Shown: positions 1 to 12,358 of the stretch, in pieces
Layout of the letters: every line of letters begins with the position of its first letter
Position numbering within the stretch: position 1 is the stretch's first letter
Assembly (NCBI RefSeq): GCF_036321535.1
Contig: NC_087438.1
Location: forward strand, 10,790,001-10,854,000
DNA length: 64,000 bases
Direction: 5' to 3'
Source of the DNA: Camelus dromedarius
Taxonomy: Eukaryota
The notes under the pieces: generated by a model
What the model was told of the DNA's origin: nothing
The model's input: the letters and a program-made list of their open reading frames with translations, nothing else
Database searches by the model: none
Position numbers and translations under genes: made by a program

Positions 1-70
1 GAAGAAAAAAAAATACTGAGGAATTTTATACATCCCTAGTTTTTCCTTTGCGTGTGTTTTTGAGGAACAA

Positions 71-87
71 TGTTGCCCTCTAGTGTT
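71..87 (-). promoter_or_regulatory. CTCF-like binding motif
   Basis: tgttgccctctagtgtt; the reverse complement AACACTAGAGGGCAACA matches the CTCF core CCASYAGRKGGCR with one mismatch, in non-repetitive sequence. Confidence 0.55.
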
Positions 88-839
88 CAAGCTTGTTTCC
101 TTTATTTCACGCTGGGAGGGGCGGCAAAGGGTTCAAATGTGACTGCATGACAAATTCACCTTGTTGTTTCAGTCCCCTGTGGCGTTTTTGGTTAAGGTTT
201 TCAATTGAAACAAAGGTGAAAATACTACTCGTTCTTTTCTTTTTTTTTGCTTACTAGAAATAGTGCATTAATTAGAAGAACCCAGGCAGGCAAAGACCAG
301 TTTGAAAAATGGCGTAAAAGCTTGCATAGTACATAGCAGACCCTTGATTCAGAGTCCCGTGTCCTATGACAGTCAAACACAGTTTCCATTACTTCCAGGC
401 ATTTGTAAAATGCTCAGCGTTTCCATTAACGTGATGTGACATTTATGCAATACACACACAAGGCAAAAGTTTATACTCAGTATGTATAGTCTGGGTTTTT
501 ATTAAGACTATTCTTTCAAAACAAATTTCTTGAAATAAAATAATTTTTAGCCTTTTTTTCCCCTCAACTTCCTTCGAGTGTGACCAAATAAACTTCTAGT
601 TTGAACCACAAGGATGCTGTCTTTTGGGAAATCAAAGTCAAGAGAATGGAGTAAGGATGGTAATATTACTCTCTATTTATAAATTGAGAAAAAGAGCATA
701 TGAATTTTTAAAATGACAGCATACGGTTAGTGTTGGTCTGCAGTGCGTAGCTCCCCTCCCTTTTTCACATATTTTCTCTGGAAGCTGTGCTCATCCCGGA
801 CCTCTCTGGCTTGTGAGAAATTGCATAACACGAAATTGA

Positions 840-1047
840 CAGTGTGGGCAGTCAGACAAACCTGGGTGAGTCCTGGACTTGCTAGTTCTCCCTGAGATGT
901 TGGGTAATAAATCTAACCTCTGAATCTCAATTACTGTAAAATGGGAGCGGTCGTCTACTTTATCTCTTAAGAGACATAAAAATTAAATGGGATAAAGTAT
1001 GTGAAAGCATCTAGCACAGTGCCTAGCACAGTATATACATTAGCATT
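840..1047 (+). mobile_element. MIR SINE
   Basis: MIR core motifs: cagacaaacctgggt..., taacctctgaatctca...ctgtaaaatggg, aagcatctagcacagtgcctagcacagta. Confidence 0.8.
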
Positions 1048-1758
1048 AACAAAGGAGAGCACGATGTAAAAAAGCACGTCACAGATTCTTTGCAATAGTG
1101 AGTTTTGCTATCAAAAAAAAAAAAAAGGTACTCTGGACCCAAATAAGAATAGACTTTTGCCTTTGGAATTATTTTCAGCAACGATGTGTCAGTATACAGT
1201 CCAAATCCCAAAGCAGAGTCCATAACCCAAACGGCAAAGCCCTCCCGCCATCTTGCAGGCAAAGCAGTCATAATTTTTGTTTTCTGGACTGAGCAATTTA
1301 CTCTTTCCTGTTCCATCCAAGATTGCCTTGAAACTACTACTATAAATTGTGAATCATTTATAAAATTCAGAGTGCACCCTTCCTCACGAGTGGAGCGCCT
1401 CTTCCCGTAAATGTTATTACTGAAAGGACTGCTTAGAAACTCCTTTTTCCTTTTAATTTCCAGTGAACCAGTTGTGTAGGATTACCTTCCTATCAAAGCT
1501 GGCCTCCTGTCTTGTCTATTTTTATTATTCGTGGTGGATTTTGGAACAAACTTTACATTAACTTAAATTTTCCTTTGAGTATAACCTTCAATCAATGTGA
1601 GACGGGAATCCAGGGTCCCAGCCTGATCTGATGTATTGGGCATCCCCTCTACCAAGCCCCATTCTTGAAACTTACGAGAACTCCGGCATGGTGAGGGGTG
1701 AAGCGAGAGGCGTGAGGCTGGGAGTCACCCTTCCCAGCCGCCACCAACCTCAGAGCTC

Positions 1759-1930
1759 TGTACAGTTCAGGACTCTTTCAATTCAAAGTTGCAGGAGCTC
1801 GACTCAGATTTGTTTAAGCAGCAAAGAGAATGTATTAGTTTGCGAGACTCAAGAGTCTAGGGTAGATATCTGCGTTAGCCTTTCGGAGGGATGCCTCAGA
1901 AAATACGACCAGGACTTTATCTGGGGCTTG
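1759..1930 (-). mobile_element. old MaLR LTR fragment (MLT1J/K-like)
   Basis: tgtacagttcaggactcttt...gttgca...actcagatttgtttaagc...aaagagaatgtatt resembles the reverse-complemented 3' end of old MLT1 LTRs. Confidence 0.5.
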
Positions 1931-2142
1931 GCAGTTTGTTTTATGCATTACATGCATCATATGCATTATATGAATACATAGTCAGAATTTTGTCTTCATT
2001 AATATGTTTCAAGATTCAGTCTTTGGGAGACCAGTGAATCTCCTGTTGGGTCCCTTCCAGCTTTGTGCGTGGACCCTTCATCTCCCTGAAATCCCTTGAA
2101 CACGGATCACTGTCTGTGGGGGAGCTTTGCTTTTGAATGTTC

Positions 2143-2380
2143 CAGGCAAGCCTGGCTACGTTATCTGCTGGGCTTGGTGTGAAATAAAAATGCAGAACCT
2201 CCTTTTCAAAAAGCAGGAAAAAGTGCCACTAAAGTACTAAAATATAAACCTCTTCCTTTCTTCCGTGGTCTCTCTCCATCTTTCATGGTGTTTTTAATTC
2301 TCTATTTAATGTCATGCTCCTTTGGGCATGGGGATTCTGGCCAGGAGACACTAGACTTTCAAAGGCACTGGCACCCCTAG
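2143..2380. mobile_element. hAT DNA transposon fossil (MER45-like)
   Basis: aaaatgcag...ttcaaaaagcaggaaaaagtgccactaaagtactaaaatataaa...ttccgtggtctctct...tatttaatgtcatgctcc...gggcatgggga matches my recall of the MER45 family. Confidence 0.6.
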
Positions 2381-2730
2381 TGCATTCTGTAAAGCAAGTG
2401 GGAAATGAAATACATTCATCAGCCATTTTGACATTCTCTTTTTACTGGCATTCCGCTTTGTTCTTTAACAGAGGTTTTGAGTATGTTTTTTAAACTGTAT
2501 CACTGAGTCATTTGATTTTTATTTTCTGAGACATACCTGTAGGTTTTCAAAAATATCATGTCTTGTTTCCCTAACTTCTCCCTTGACCTTAGTTGACCAG
2601 GCCTTTTGAAAGGCTTTTTTTTTTTTTTTTTTTCACTGTTTAGTTCAGCATCTTCTTACTCATCATTCTTGAGTCAAGACTTTGGGAACGGAGGGCATGA
2701 GAGGGACATGATTTCTGGGTTTTGTGCCAA

Positions 2731-2750
2731 TGTTGCCATCTCTTGGCAAC
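2731..2750 (-). promoter_or_regulatory. CTCF-like motif inside an inverted repeat
   Basis: Reverse complement GCCAAGAGATGGCAACA resembles the CTCF core. Confidence 0.45.
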
Positions 2751-4954
2751 ATTGAGGTCAAGACAAATGATGTGGTGACCCAGCCACTTTCTCATTTTTG
2801 AGGCCAGTGCTTTGTGTTTAATGTCTTATTATATCTAACGCCTGAGATTTCAAGCGTGTTGAGTATTTGTGGCTCTGCTCTGAGTTCCCAACCTCTGAAG
2901 AGAGCAATAAAAATAATTTTAAAAAATCAAAGCATCTTTTCTTCCACTCACTTGAAAGACGATGTGACAATTGGAGAGTTTTCCTTTATGAGTAGACTCA
3001 TACGCAGACCTGTACGTTGGAGTTAAAGGGATAAAGCAGTTAGATCTGTGTCTACTATTTGCCTCGTGTCAGAATGACTCAAATAGCCCACATTCTTGCT
3101 CAGAAAGAATTCCACTCCCCCTTGAGCCTTGCTGTAGATTTCTACTATTCAGTTCACTGCTGATTCCATGCACACATTTATGCCTCTAGTTTCCTGATGC
3201 ACCAATAAATTCTCTTACAAAAGCCAGACCTATCTGATGGCTTATACATTAAGATCGTTTTAACCTTTTGTCCTAAGCTCTCAAATAATCTCCCACTGAA
3301 GACCAATTTTCCTTAAGTAGGTTTTGTAAGGTTTTCATGGAAAAATCAAATCGATATTTCACCACGATTCCCCCTTGTCGTTGCACATTTTACCTGAACA
3401 GTCATGTATTTATTTAACTCATTGGATAGCAGACAAGGTAATTTGAATATAAAATTTTTAAATTTTACATGTTTCTTTCAGATAAAGATTTACAATGATG
3501 GACGTTTGTTATCTTTGTCAAAGAATAATCCTTGAATTTTTATTTCCAATGTATGCTCTTCATTTGGAAAATAGAGCCATTCAGAAAATACATGCAATGG
3601 TTAATAATGGTGTTAGCGTAACATTCAGAGTGATGGAGAGATTGTATGAATCACATGAGGATAACCGTGGGAGAAGGAGTTTGGAGAACTAAACTAGAGT
3701 TAGAGTGATGCCCCTGATCGAGTCTTTATAAAAGTTTCCTTTTTTGTAAAATAGAAAAATTGACAACAATGTCAACTTCCCAACATTGGACCATGATACA
3801 GAAAGAGAAAAGGTAAACATGAGTTTTATTTTTTAAAAACAGGCATAGAACCAGAGTAATCTTCAGATGAATTCAGTGGAACGAGCTCAGTGGCTTTTTT
3901 TAAAAAAAAACAAAACAAAACAGGATCTTCTTGAAAAATATATCTAATACATGTGTTGTTGCTTTATATTCTAGATTACTAGGTACAAAACATTTTTTGT
4001 GGGAAAAATCCTGTTGAATGAGACACGGGGGAGTGTCCGTTTAGTGGACGAGGCTCTGACACTTCTCCTGCCAAACGTTATCCCTCTGTTTCTTCCTTCA
4101 TATTCATTAAGCAGATTCCTTCTGTTCCCCAAGGAAAGGTTGGATTCCTCAAGTTTGAAGCAAAAGCTGAAAATAGAAGCAGAATGTAAAGGAAACTACA
4201 GGTGGACCATGCCACATGTTCTTGGCAATGAAAAAAAAAAAAAGCAGATCTTCTAGGTGAAAGTAATTTTGATGGAGCAGAGTTTCTTTGGCAGCCGTCC
4301 TCATAACTGGATTTTAATTTTACTTCTTGACTTTTGGGTCATAGATGTTTTCAACAGTAGATTCAGTTGGAATTGAATTAACAAACCATTGATATGAGTT
4401 CACGGGCTCTTTATGCAAAGAGGTCAGCCCCTGAAGTGCAGGTGAGTGACCCTTAGGTCAGCCCTGGTCTCTCTAAGGAGCAGGTTCAGGTGTCACCTGA
4501 TACAAGACACCCAGCAGATCAGCACTTCCGGCCAATGTTGTAAAAGCCAAGAAAATGATTCTTAACTCAGAGAAGACTGCAGGATAGGCGGCTGTGTGTG
4601 GCATTTTGAAGAGTGTGAAAAAGGCCTTATCTACTACAATTTCTAGCATGTGGGGAAAAAAAAATGTAAGCTGTTCTTCCAAGTGACCTCTTTCAAAAGG
4701 AATGGAATTTAGATCCACATCCAAGATTAGTGAGAGGCACCAGAAAAAGCAGACTTCCTGTACCTTTTCTTTGGCTCGGTTAGAAACAACTCTTGCAACA
4801 CTGAGGCTGGGCTGTGCTTTATTGTGGGCAATCGCTCTGCAGCTGAATTAACTTTCTTCTTGAAACCACAGAAGTGTCCAGATAGAATGTGTATCGACGT
4901 AAAAAAGACATTAGCTCCTGTGACTCCTGTCATCTTGTTCTATTGTCTCTACTA

Positions 4955-5158
4955 CAGTGGTTTTATCCCCCCCGGGGACATTTGGCCATGTCTGGAGACA
5001 CTTTTGGTCGTCACAACCAGGGGGAGGAGGTCCTGCTGGCATTTAGTGGGTAGAGGCCAGGGAGGCTGCTAAACATCCTGCGATGCACAGGACAGCTCCC
5101 CCCACCCCCGCAAAGTTTCCATCCCAAATGCCAGCAGTGCTGCTGCTGAGAACCCTCG
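4955..5158 (+). mobile_element. MER20 (hAT-Charlie) DNA transposon
   Basis: cagtggtt...ggggacatttggccatgtctggagacacttttgg...tagtgggtagaggccaggga...gctgctaaacatcct...gcacaggacag...gagaaccct; diagnostic MER20 motifs. Confidence 0.9.
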
Positions 5159-6329
5159 CTTCCTTAGACACTTTTCTTCCATCCTTTACGCATCTCCTCC
5201 AGTAGCCAATTCAGTGACCACATAGGGAAATGGAGGATGCCAAACATGTTTTGCCACCACTAATGGGCTTACTATTTATTATCAGGCTGCCTAAATTAAT
5301 GTTAAGCAATAAACAAAAACAATTTGTTTAACAGCTTATCCTTTCTTTTTAAACCATCTTTAAAAAAAACTTAGAATCACAAATAGTAAAGAAAATGTAA
5401 TATCAAATTTTGTTTAAAGTCCAAATGATCCTCATTAACATATGGACCAAAATCTAATTAAAATAAGATCTAAGATGCTACCCATAATTAGAGATAATTA
5501 TGTTGTGTAGATCATTATTGCAAATAATGGCACTGAGAGTACTTTGGTGGCCAGTACCATCCCCGGCTGTGTACGGCTGCCCTGTCTGTTGGTGAAAGGA
5601 TGCACCGGAGCAGGGGGATGGGGATGGGAGTCGGGGTGGGGTGAGGCACAGCCACAGCAGGACATTTTACTTCTACTCTCATGTTGCTTAAAATATTTGG
5701 GTGAATATTGCATTTTACTTCCCAATGTAAAGATAACACTTTAAATTGCTTATCTTTGGAAAAAAATGGATGCTCAAGGAAGGTAAACTCTGTATTGGGG
5801 CTTGGAGTAACTGAGCATATTAACATGCACTCCTGGGGGTAAACTCCTCTCAGTTTGAGAAGCACAATTACAAGGAGGGAAAACAATACAAGAAAAGGCA
5901 GAAGACTTGGATTCCAGTCCCAGCTTCCACACTTCATCCATTCATTTATCTATTCATCCAACAAATGCTTGTTGCTTGTCTACAAGGCACCAGGTACTAT
6001 GACTCAGAGGTGAACAGGGTCCCCACTTTTTGTGGCAATCTGTCAGGAAAGACAAAACAGCGACAACAATGGAAATACCAATGATGAACATTTGCTGAAC
6101 ATTTGCTGTGCTTTGATTATTATAAGGGTTTATGTATATTACGAGTTCACTGAATTCCCACACCAAAATTTCACCATTATTGGACTGGAGTTGGTGTCAA
6201 AGGAGTCTGAGGGGCACCTGCTCATAATCCAGAAACATCTTATTTCTACCTTCTGGATTTGCTTGAGCTCAGTCTTTTATACACCCTTATCAACCAGGAC
6301 GCAGCCAGAAAAGAACCGGTAGAAGTTTA

Positions 6330-6790
6330 TGGTGCTCATGCCACGTGGAGCTGGTTAAGCAGTCTCCGTAAGGCTGTTGTCCCTGCAGACGCACAGAGCT
6401 CGTAGTCAGGAAGGGAAGATCTCAAGTAGACTGAAACCTTGTGAGCGTGAGCTGAGACCTCGTGAAGACAAACTGAAACCTCTGACTTTGATGACCCTTT
6501 ATCATGGAAGTAAAACACACACATACCTGGCCCAGGACTCAGAGAAACTAAAGGAAGATGTAGAATAAGATGGAGTGTTTGCAGCGCCAGATGCTGCTTC
6601 ATGTAACGAGGTGAGTCAACAGATGAGCAACAACTCGACGTGCATTACAAACAGCTGCACCTTCCTTTCAGCCCTCGAAATGTCTCAAGAATCTCCCTTG
6701 TGACCCTCCGTAACCAGAAACATACACGAAAGGGAATTCTGGGAAGTGTGCTCAGCCTAGTCCAGTTGACATCTTACAAAGCTATGATAA
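6330..6790 (-). mobile_element. ERV-L class LTR (LTR40/41-like)
   Basis: The end aaacatacacgaaagggaattctgggaagtgtgctcagcctagtccagttgacatcttacaaagc resembles an ERVL-type LTR terminus, and it abuts an ERV-L pol remnant; left boundary approximate. Confidence 0.5.
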
Positions 6791-6966
6791 CATCATTTCC
6801 ATTTGATGATAGATCCCTGCACACCCAAACTTATGACTATTAGGTCAGACAACACTTGGTTTATGATGGGAAGTTCTGGATCCACGATCACCTTATGTAC
6901 CAAGGTGAGGTCTTCAGTCTGTAACAAGACCCACTATCAAGTCAGAAGCATTTTCTCAAAAAAAGA
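6790..6966 (-). pseudogene. pol: ERV-L pol remnant (RT connection/tether region)
   Basis: Manual translation across frameshifts: SFFEKMLLT**WVLLQTEDLTLG/HKVIVDPELPIINQVLSD/SHKFGCA/SIIKWK*, against HERV-L SPFEKQLLACYWALVETERLTMGHQVTMRPELPIMNWVLSDPSSHKVGHAQQHSIIKWKW as recalled. Confidence 0.85.
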
Positions 6967-7039
6967 AGAGTTCAGATCTCTGATTTATCACATTATCTCT
7001 TCATATGAAATGTATCTTAATGTAGACTTTCTGTTTTTT

Positions 7040-7290
7040 TATATTATCTATGTTTGTTCACTTACCAAGACCAACACACAGTCACCATATTATATTAGCT
7101 GGTGGAACTTTATAGCTTGTTTTGATATTTGTAGGTGAAATCCCTCTTATTGTTCTTAAAAAAATTTTTTTTGTTCTTTTTTATTCAACATTTTTGTCTT
7201 CTACTTTATAATTAACTTTTCAAATTCAATAAAAGGTCTGTTGGAATTTTGATTTACATTGCACTAAATTTTTCTAATTCAATGGGTTTT
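7040..7290 (-). mobile_element. ancient L1 ORF2 fragment (L1M)
   Basis: actttatag...ttttgatatttgtagg...ccctcttattgttctt...ctgttggaattttgatttacattgcactaaattt is typical of an antisense old L1. Confidence 0.6.
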
Positions 7291-7329
7291 TTGAACTCTT
7301 GCAAGCAGCCTTCATATTTTAGGTTCTTA

Positions 7330-8360
7330 TTTCATGCCTTCTTTTCTTTTTGTCCTCCTGTACCAAATTCTGAGAGAACTTTTCAGCTCAATCCTTCAAT
7401 TTAGTAATTTATTCCTCAGGGGTGCCTCTTTGGATATTGGGCTATTTTGATAATCATGTTCTTTTACTTCCAAGATATCTAGTTGGTTATTTGTCAAAAA
7501 TAACTCATTTTTATTTCATAGATGAGATAGCCTTTTGTATATCTCTGAGGTTATTAATTATATTTCATTTAAAGTCCCCTCTTTTTGGTTCTACTGTGCA
7601 TGCTTTTCTATTTGCTTCCTTTTGTTCCTTTCTGTCAGAGTATTATTTTTCTTTAAATATTTTCTTTGTTTTGCTCATGCGCTCATTTAAAAGCTTGAGA
7701 TTCCCCATTGACACATGTGTAACTGTGTTTCTGTTGGTTGCAGCCTGCCTCCGGTGATTCTGGAGGAGGAAAGAAGACGAGCTCCCTGGTGGAGCACTTG
7801 ATTACTCTGTCTTTCGGGCATGGGGGCTTCCTGTTTCTCCTGTTTGTCAGAAGTTACTCTCCTAGTGCCAACAGTACCAACTTGAGCATTCAAACTAACT
7901 GCTACAGTTCAGGAGAAAATACTTCCTTGGCACTGAAGTGGAGGTGTGAAGTAAAGAGACAGTGAAGGCAGGATGGCCCCACCAGGCTGCTCTATACGCT
8001 CCAAATGTGATTCTGTAACCATGATGGCTTCCCAGCTCCCTGTCACCACCACCTCCATGCTTAGAGCACACCCAGATCTGCTTTGATTTTTCATAGCTGC
8101 CCTGTTCTGGGTTGAATTTTGGGCTCCTGTTACTCCGTCAAACCAGCCTCACTTGCCTTCCATCTTTTGGGAATTAGCCACATTTCTGGTGTCCTGATAT
8201 GTATTTTTTCTATATACAAGCAATTATTATACAAGCTGTGGTAAGCAATTATTCTCTTGTACACACACACGCGCACACACACATTTTCCCAGTTTCCCAT
8301 ATTTCTGGGAAATCTGGGATCGGGGAGGAAGCTGTCTCTGCTCAGTCTGCCATCTTGATC
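7330..8360 (-). mobile_element. HAL1 / ancient L1 ORF1-5' remnant
   Basis: T-rich degenerate sequence with ttctgagagaactttt...tccttcaatttagtaatttattcctcag and cagtctgccatctt at the right end, as in antisense HAL1. Confidence 0.45.
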
Positions 8361-9599
8361 TAATTTGATCTGATGTTCTTCATGTGAATTTAGGTTGTTG
8401 CCTTTTGTGGTTCTATAATGCCTCTAACCCCCACGTCCCCGAGTTGTCCCAGGACTGTTCATGTCAGATGAAATATTCACAGCCTCGCAGCTTAAAAGCA
8501 CTACAGATAAAGCTACTGGAACATAATGACTCATAGTAATGAGGTTTCATTTGAAGGTAATATGAACAACTGGGGACTTGCGTCTTTGCTGTCTGAATTC
8601 TGGAGTGATTTCACATTGGAAAGCAGGAGGCTGTGGCTGGTTCCTTGGCTTTTGTTCACAGACTCTCCAGCACTGTCTGCTTGATGGATGTGTTTTCTCA
8701 TCGCTGGTGATAATTCTATAGGGGGCGATTCACTTGCAAACGGGGGCGAAAGCAGTCCATTTCCCTCCTTCTGCTCGCTCATGCTCGTTCACTTTGCTAT
8801 TTGCTCCCAATGTCCATTTCCTTTACTCAATAAATCATGTTTTGATGAGAAAAAAGTACAAAATATTAGTCATGTGAGGATTTGGATCATATTTAATTTA
8901 GCACCAATGAAAAAGTTTTCTCTTTAATCCAGTAGCTGTCTGGAGCCAGCGACGGTTCTGTCCATGCACCAGCTGAAGGCCAGACAGCTAGCTCCCAAAC
9001 CAGCTCGGGGCTCAAAGGATTCATGCTAAATTCATGTATGGGCTGCGACTCTAAGCCTGGGGGTTCAACTGTAAATCAGGAATGACTCTAAGTAACAATA
9101 ACTTTGCTAAATCCAATCTTCTTCTTCTTTCTATGGACTTCTCTCTTCTTTCACTTTTCTATTCTTTTATTGCTGAACAGACCACCTTGGGTTCCATGCT
9201 ACACTCACACCTCAGGTTAAGAGGCCCCGGGGAGCTGTGAGAGCACCCAGCTGCCCCATCACTTCCATAGAGAAGGAATGGATGGACTCTTCCTTGGGTA
9301 TTAAAGCCATCCCTGCATATCAGTGACCAAGTGACAGAGCTGTCACTTGCTCATCTCCATCTTAGGTCTTGCCTACATGCACAATTAATCAAAGAATAGG
9401 CTGATCACAATGGTTAGACTGGTGTGTGTTTGTGTGTGTGTATGCATATGTATGTGTATGTGTGCCTGTGTGTTCAGACTTGAGTTAAGGAAGTGAGAGG
9501 TGAAGCTGTGAAACAAGAGTGTATTCATATTTATGTTGACCAGTCTGTCATCTGTAGGACTAAGACCCTGGGGCCAATAGCAGACAGGCTCTGAGGTTA

Positions 9600-10006
9600 A
9601 GTCTCAGATTGGGTTCTCCAGAAGCGGTAGCTGACAAGGAGTTTGGGGTGCAAGATTTTATTAGGAATCAGCAGCTATGAAATGAAAGGGAAGGAGGAAA
9701 GAGTGAAACAGTGCTATAAACCTGAGAAATCTTGCTCAACCTTGCAGGCCCCCTGAGGGGAGAACTCCCATCAGTGTTGTCCTTATCAGGTCAAAATGGT
9801 GATGTCTTCATACCCCTGCCTTGCTCAGTTGCTGGGCCTTGGTTGACCAAAAACAGGTGGAACCTGGGGTGTGGAGGCTCTGAGCAGCTAGGCAGAACCC
9901 AAAGGAGCCGACAGTGGAGGCTGTCTGCTCACTGTACTCCCTGAAAATGAGAGCAAGTCCTTCTTTGAAGGGCCGTCTGTTCAGCACATCCTCGTGTCTG
10001 CCTCAG
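9600..10006 (-). mobile_element. ERV-L LTR (LTR16-like)
   Basis: agattgggttctccagaagc...ctgacaaggagtttggggtgcaag...ttattag...tacccctgccttgctcagt...gcaagtccttctttgaaggg. Confidence 0.65.
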
Positions 10007-10286
10007 GTAGAGTAGCCAATGGGGAGAACATTGCCTTGGAAAGAGAGAAAGTATAGGTACCCCAACTTTTTCTGGAGGTAGTGGAAGGGATCACAAGGGT
10101 GGGACAATTATGAGTTCTTGAATTTCAGTTATTTCTTAGTCCTCTTTTTTTTGATCAGTTTCCAAGGAAGAAAAAGGTTATACTAGGAAGCAAGTCACGT
10201 GAAAGAATTATACTATTTTAAGCCTCATTAAAAAAACGGATAAGAGACAGCTGTGATTTTGGCCTGAGAGAAGAATTCAGAAGAGA

Positions 10287-10833
10287 TGTACCAGAGACTG
10301 AATATACAAATGGCCCGTGGCCATGTTATAAATACACATAAAAACAGAACTCTGATCCAACTGACTCGGGAAAGCACCCCAGGGTAAACAGCCCAGGAAG
10401 CCAGCGTGCTATCTATGTCAGACTTGTAGGAAGTCAGACCACTATCTAGAGATAGTGGCACCACTTGAGGAAGCCAAACAATAACTCCTGTAGTGATCAA
10501 CCCCAAATGGCCAGGACTTGATTAATAACTGACAGCCCTCTGAATTTTTGTCCCAGCTTCCAACTTGGAATTAACCAAAGAAAGCCAAATGTGCACCCCT
10601 GACCAACCCCACAGGGTGTCCTGCTTTGCCTTAGCTCCCCTCCAGTTTCCCCAGGCCAACAGCCTCCAAGCAGGGCCGTCCCTGTTTCCCACTATGAAGT
10701 CTTCCCACTCCTCTGCCTGCCGTTGAGTCTCTGCCAAAACAGAAGTGGTGGCGAATGACTCCCATGCTATAGAGCAAGCTCTGAGTCGATAGCCTTGCTT
10801 GTTCTCATGTGGGTGGTCTTCATTTATTTCCAC
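10287..10833 (+). mobile_element. solo ERV1-class LTR (MER89/MER90/MER110-like)
   Basis: Starts TG; contains aaaaacagaactctga...agcccaggaagcca...caggacttg...aatttttgtcccagcttccaact...aaagccaaat...gaccaa; ends ...tcatttatttcca. Confidence 0.65.
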
Positions 10834-11399
10834 TGGAGGGAAGGCTAACAGACTGTCAGGGGATCAGGGGAGTCCTGAGAAGCAGCAAGACCAGCATCTA
10901 CCTTTCAGAGTCAGGACTCGGAGTGAGGGGCTTCTGAGAACCATGTAGGAAACATCTCTGAACCAGAGCAGAGGGCTTAGGGGCTGTCAGTCTGGCAATC
11001 ATGGTGCAGGAACTGAGCCCCAGAATCTCCTCGTATTTTAAATACACTATTGCCCCCAAATGCTACCATCTGGGAAAAAGTGGGACATAGCTCGCAACCA
11101 AAATCTGACTGAATATTTACTGAGCGCTGAATATGCCAGGCTCAGTGCTAGGCACAGGGGACAAAATAATGAACAAAAGAGAAATCTCACAGGCTTTATT
11201 TTCTCCACATACAGTGCCCAGCACTAGTAAACATTTAATACTATTTTTGCAATGTCATATAAAAAATCAGATTGATAGAAATGTGCATTAGAGTGGCTTT
11301 GAGGAGAAATTGCCTGATTGAAAATCCTAAACCATACAAGTAGATGCCTGAAGGAAAAAATGCTTTCAGAATCTAGTCCTAACTCTGGTGTGTGTGTAC

Positions 11400-11401
<2 letters not shown>

Positions 11402-11433
<32 letters not shown>
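11402..11433. repeat. (TG)16 microsatellite
   Basis: Perfect TG dinucleotide run. Confidence 0.95.
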
Positions 11434-11435
<2 letters not shown>

Positions 11436-11521
11436 CACACACTTGGATGCTACCTTGGGCTACTGAGCATTTCTAAGCCTCAATGTCTTCATATAAAAAT
11501 GTGATTAATAATAAGTCTCTT

Positions 11522-12358
11522 AATGCAAATCAAAACTACAAAGAGTCTTCACAGCAGACTTCACAGCAGAATGGTCATCATTAAAAGGCCCACAAATGAT
11601 AAATGCTGGAGATGGTGTGGAGACAAGGGAACCCTCCTGCATGTTGGTGGGAATGTAGTTTGGTGCAGCCGTTGTGGAAAACAGCATGGAGGTTCCTCAA
11701 AAGACTAAAAGTAGACTTAGTGTATGATCCAGCAATACCACTCCTGGGCATATATCCAGAAGGAACTTTAATTCAAAAAGATACATGCACCCCAATGTTC
11801 ATAGCAGTGCTGTTTACAATAGCCAAGACATGGAAACAACCTAAATGTCCATCAACAGATGACTGGATAAAGAAATTATGGTATATTTATACAATGGGAT
11901 ACTACTCAGCCATAAAAAGAGTAAAATAATGCCATTTGCAGCAATATGGATGGACCTGGAAACCATCATTCTAAGTGAAATAAACCAGAAAGAAAAAAAA
12001 ATATGATATCATTTATATGTAGAATCTAAAAAAAGACAAATGAACGTATTTACAAAACAGAAACAGACTCACAGACATAGAAAACAAACTTATGGTTATT
12101 GTGGGGGGAAGGGATAAATTGGGAGTTTGAGATTTGCAGATACTAACTACTATATATAAAATAGCTAAACAACAAGTTTCTTCTGTGTAGCACAGGGAAC
12201 TGTATTCAATATCTTATAGTAACCTATAACGAAAAAGAATATGAAGAAAAATATATGTATATATATGTATAATTGAACTATTATGCTGGACACCAGAAAT
12301 TGACACAACATTGTAAACTGACTATACTTCAATAAAAAATAAAGAAAGAAAAAAAATT
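11522..12358 (+). mobile_element. 5'-truncated L1 (ORF2 C-terminus, 3' UTR, poly-A) inserted into a MIR
   Basis: ORF 11603-11929 (VQPLWKT...[12 protein letters not shown]...KTWKQPKCPS...YYSAIK) is the L1 ORF2 C-terminus; AATAAA plus A-tail; degenerate TSD aataagtctctt (11510-11521) / aatagatctctt (12359-12370). Confidence 0.95.

Noticed and set aside
10439..10458. 20-bp near-palindrome ccactatct-ag-agatagtgg
   Set aside because: Short and inside an LTR; no evidence of independent significance.
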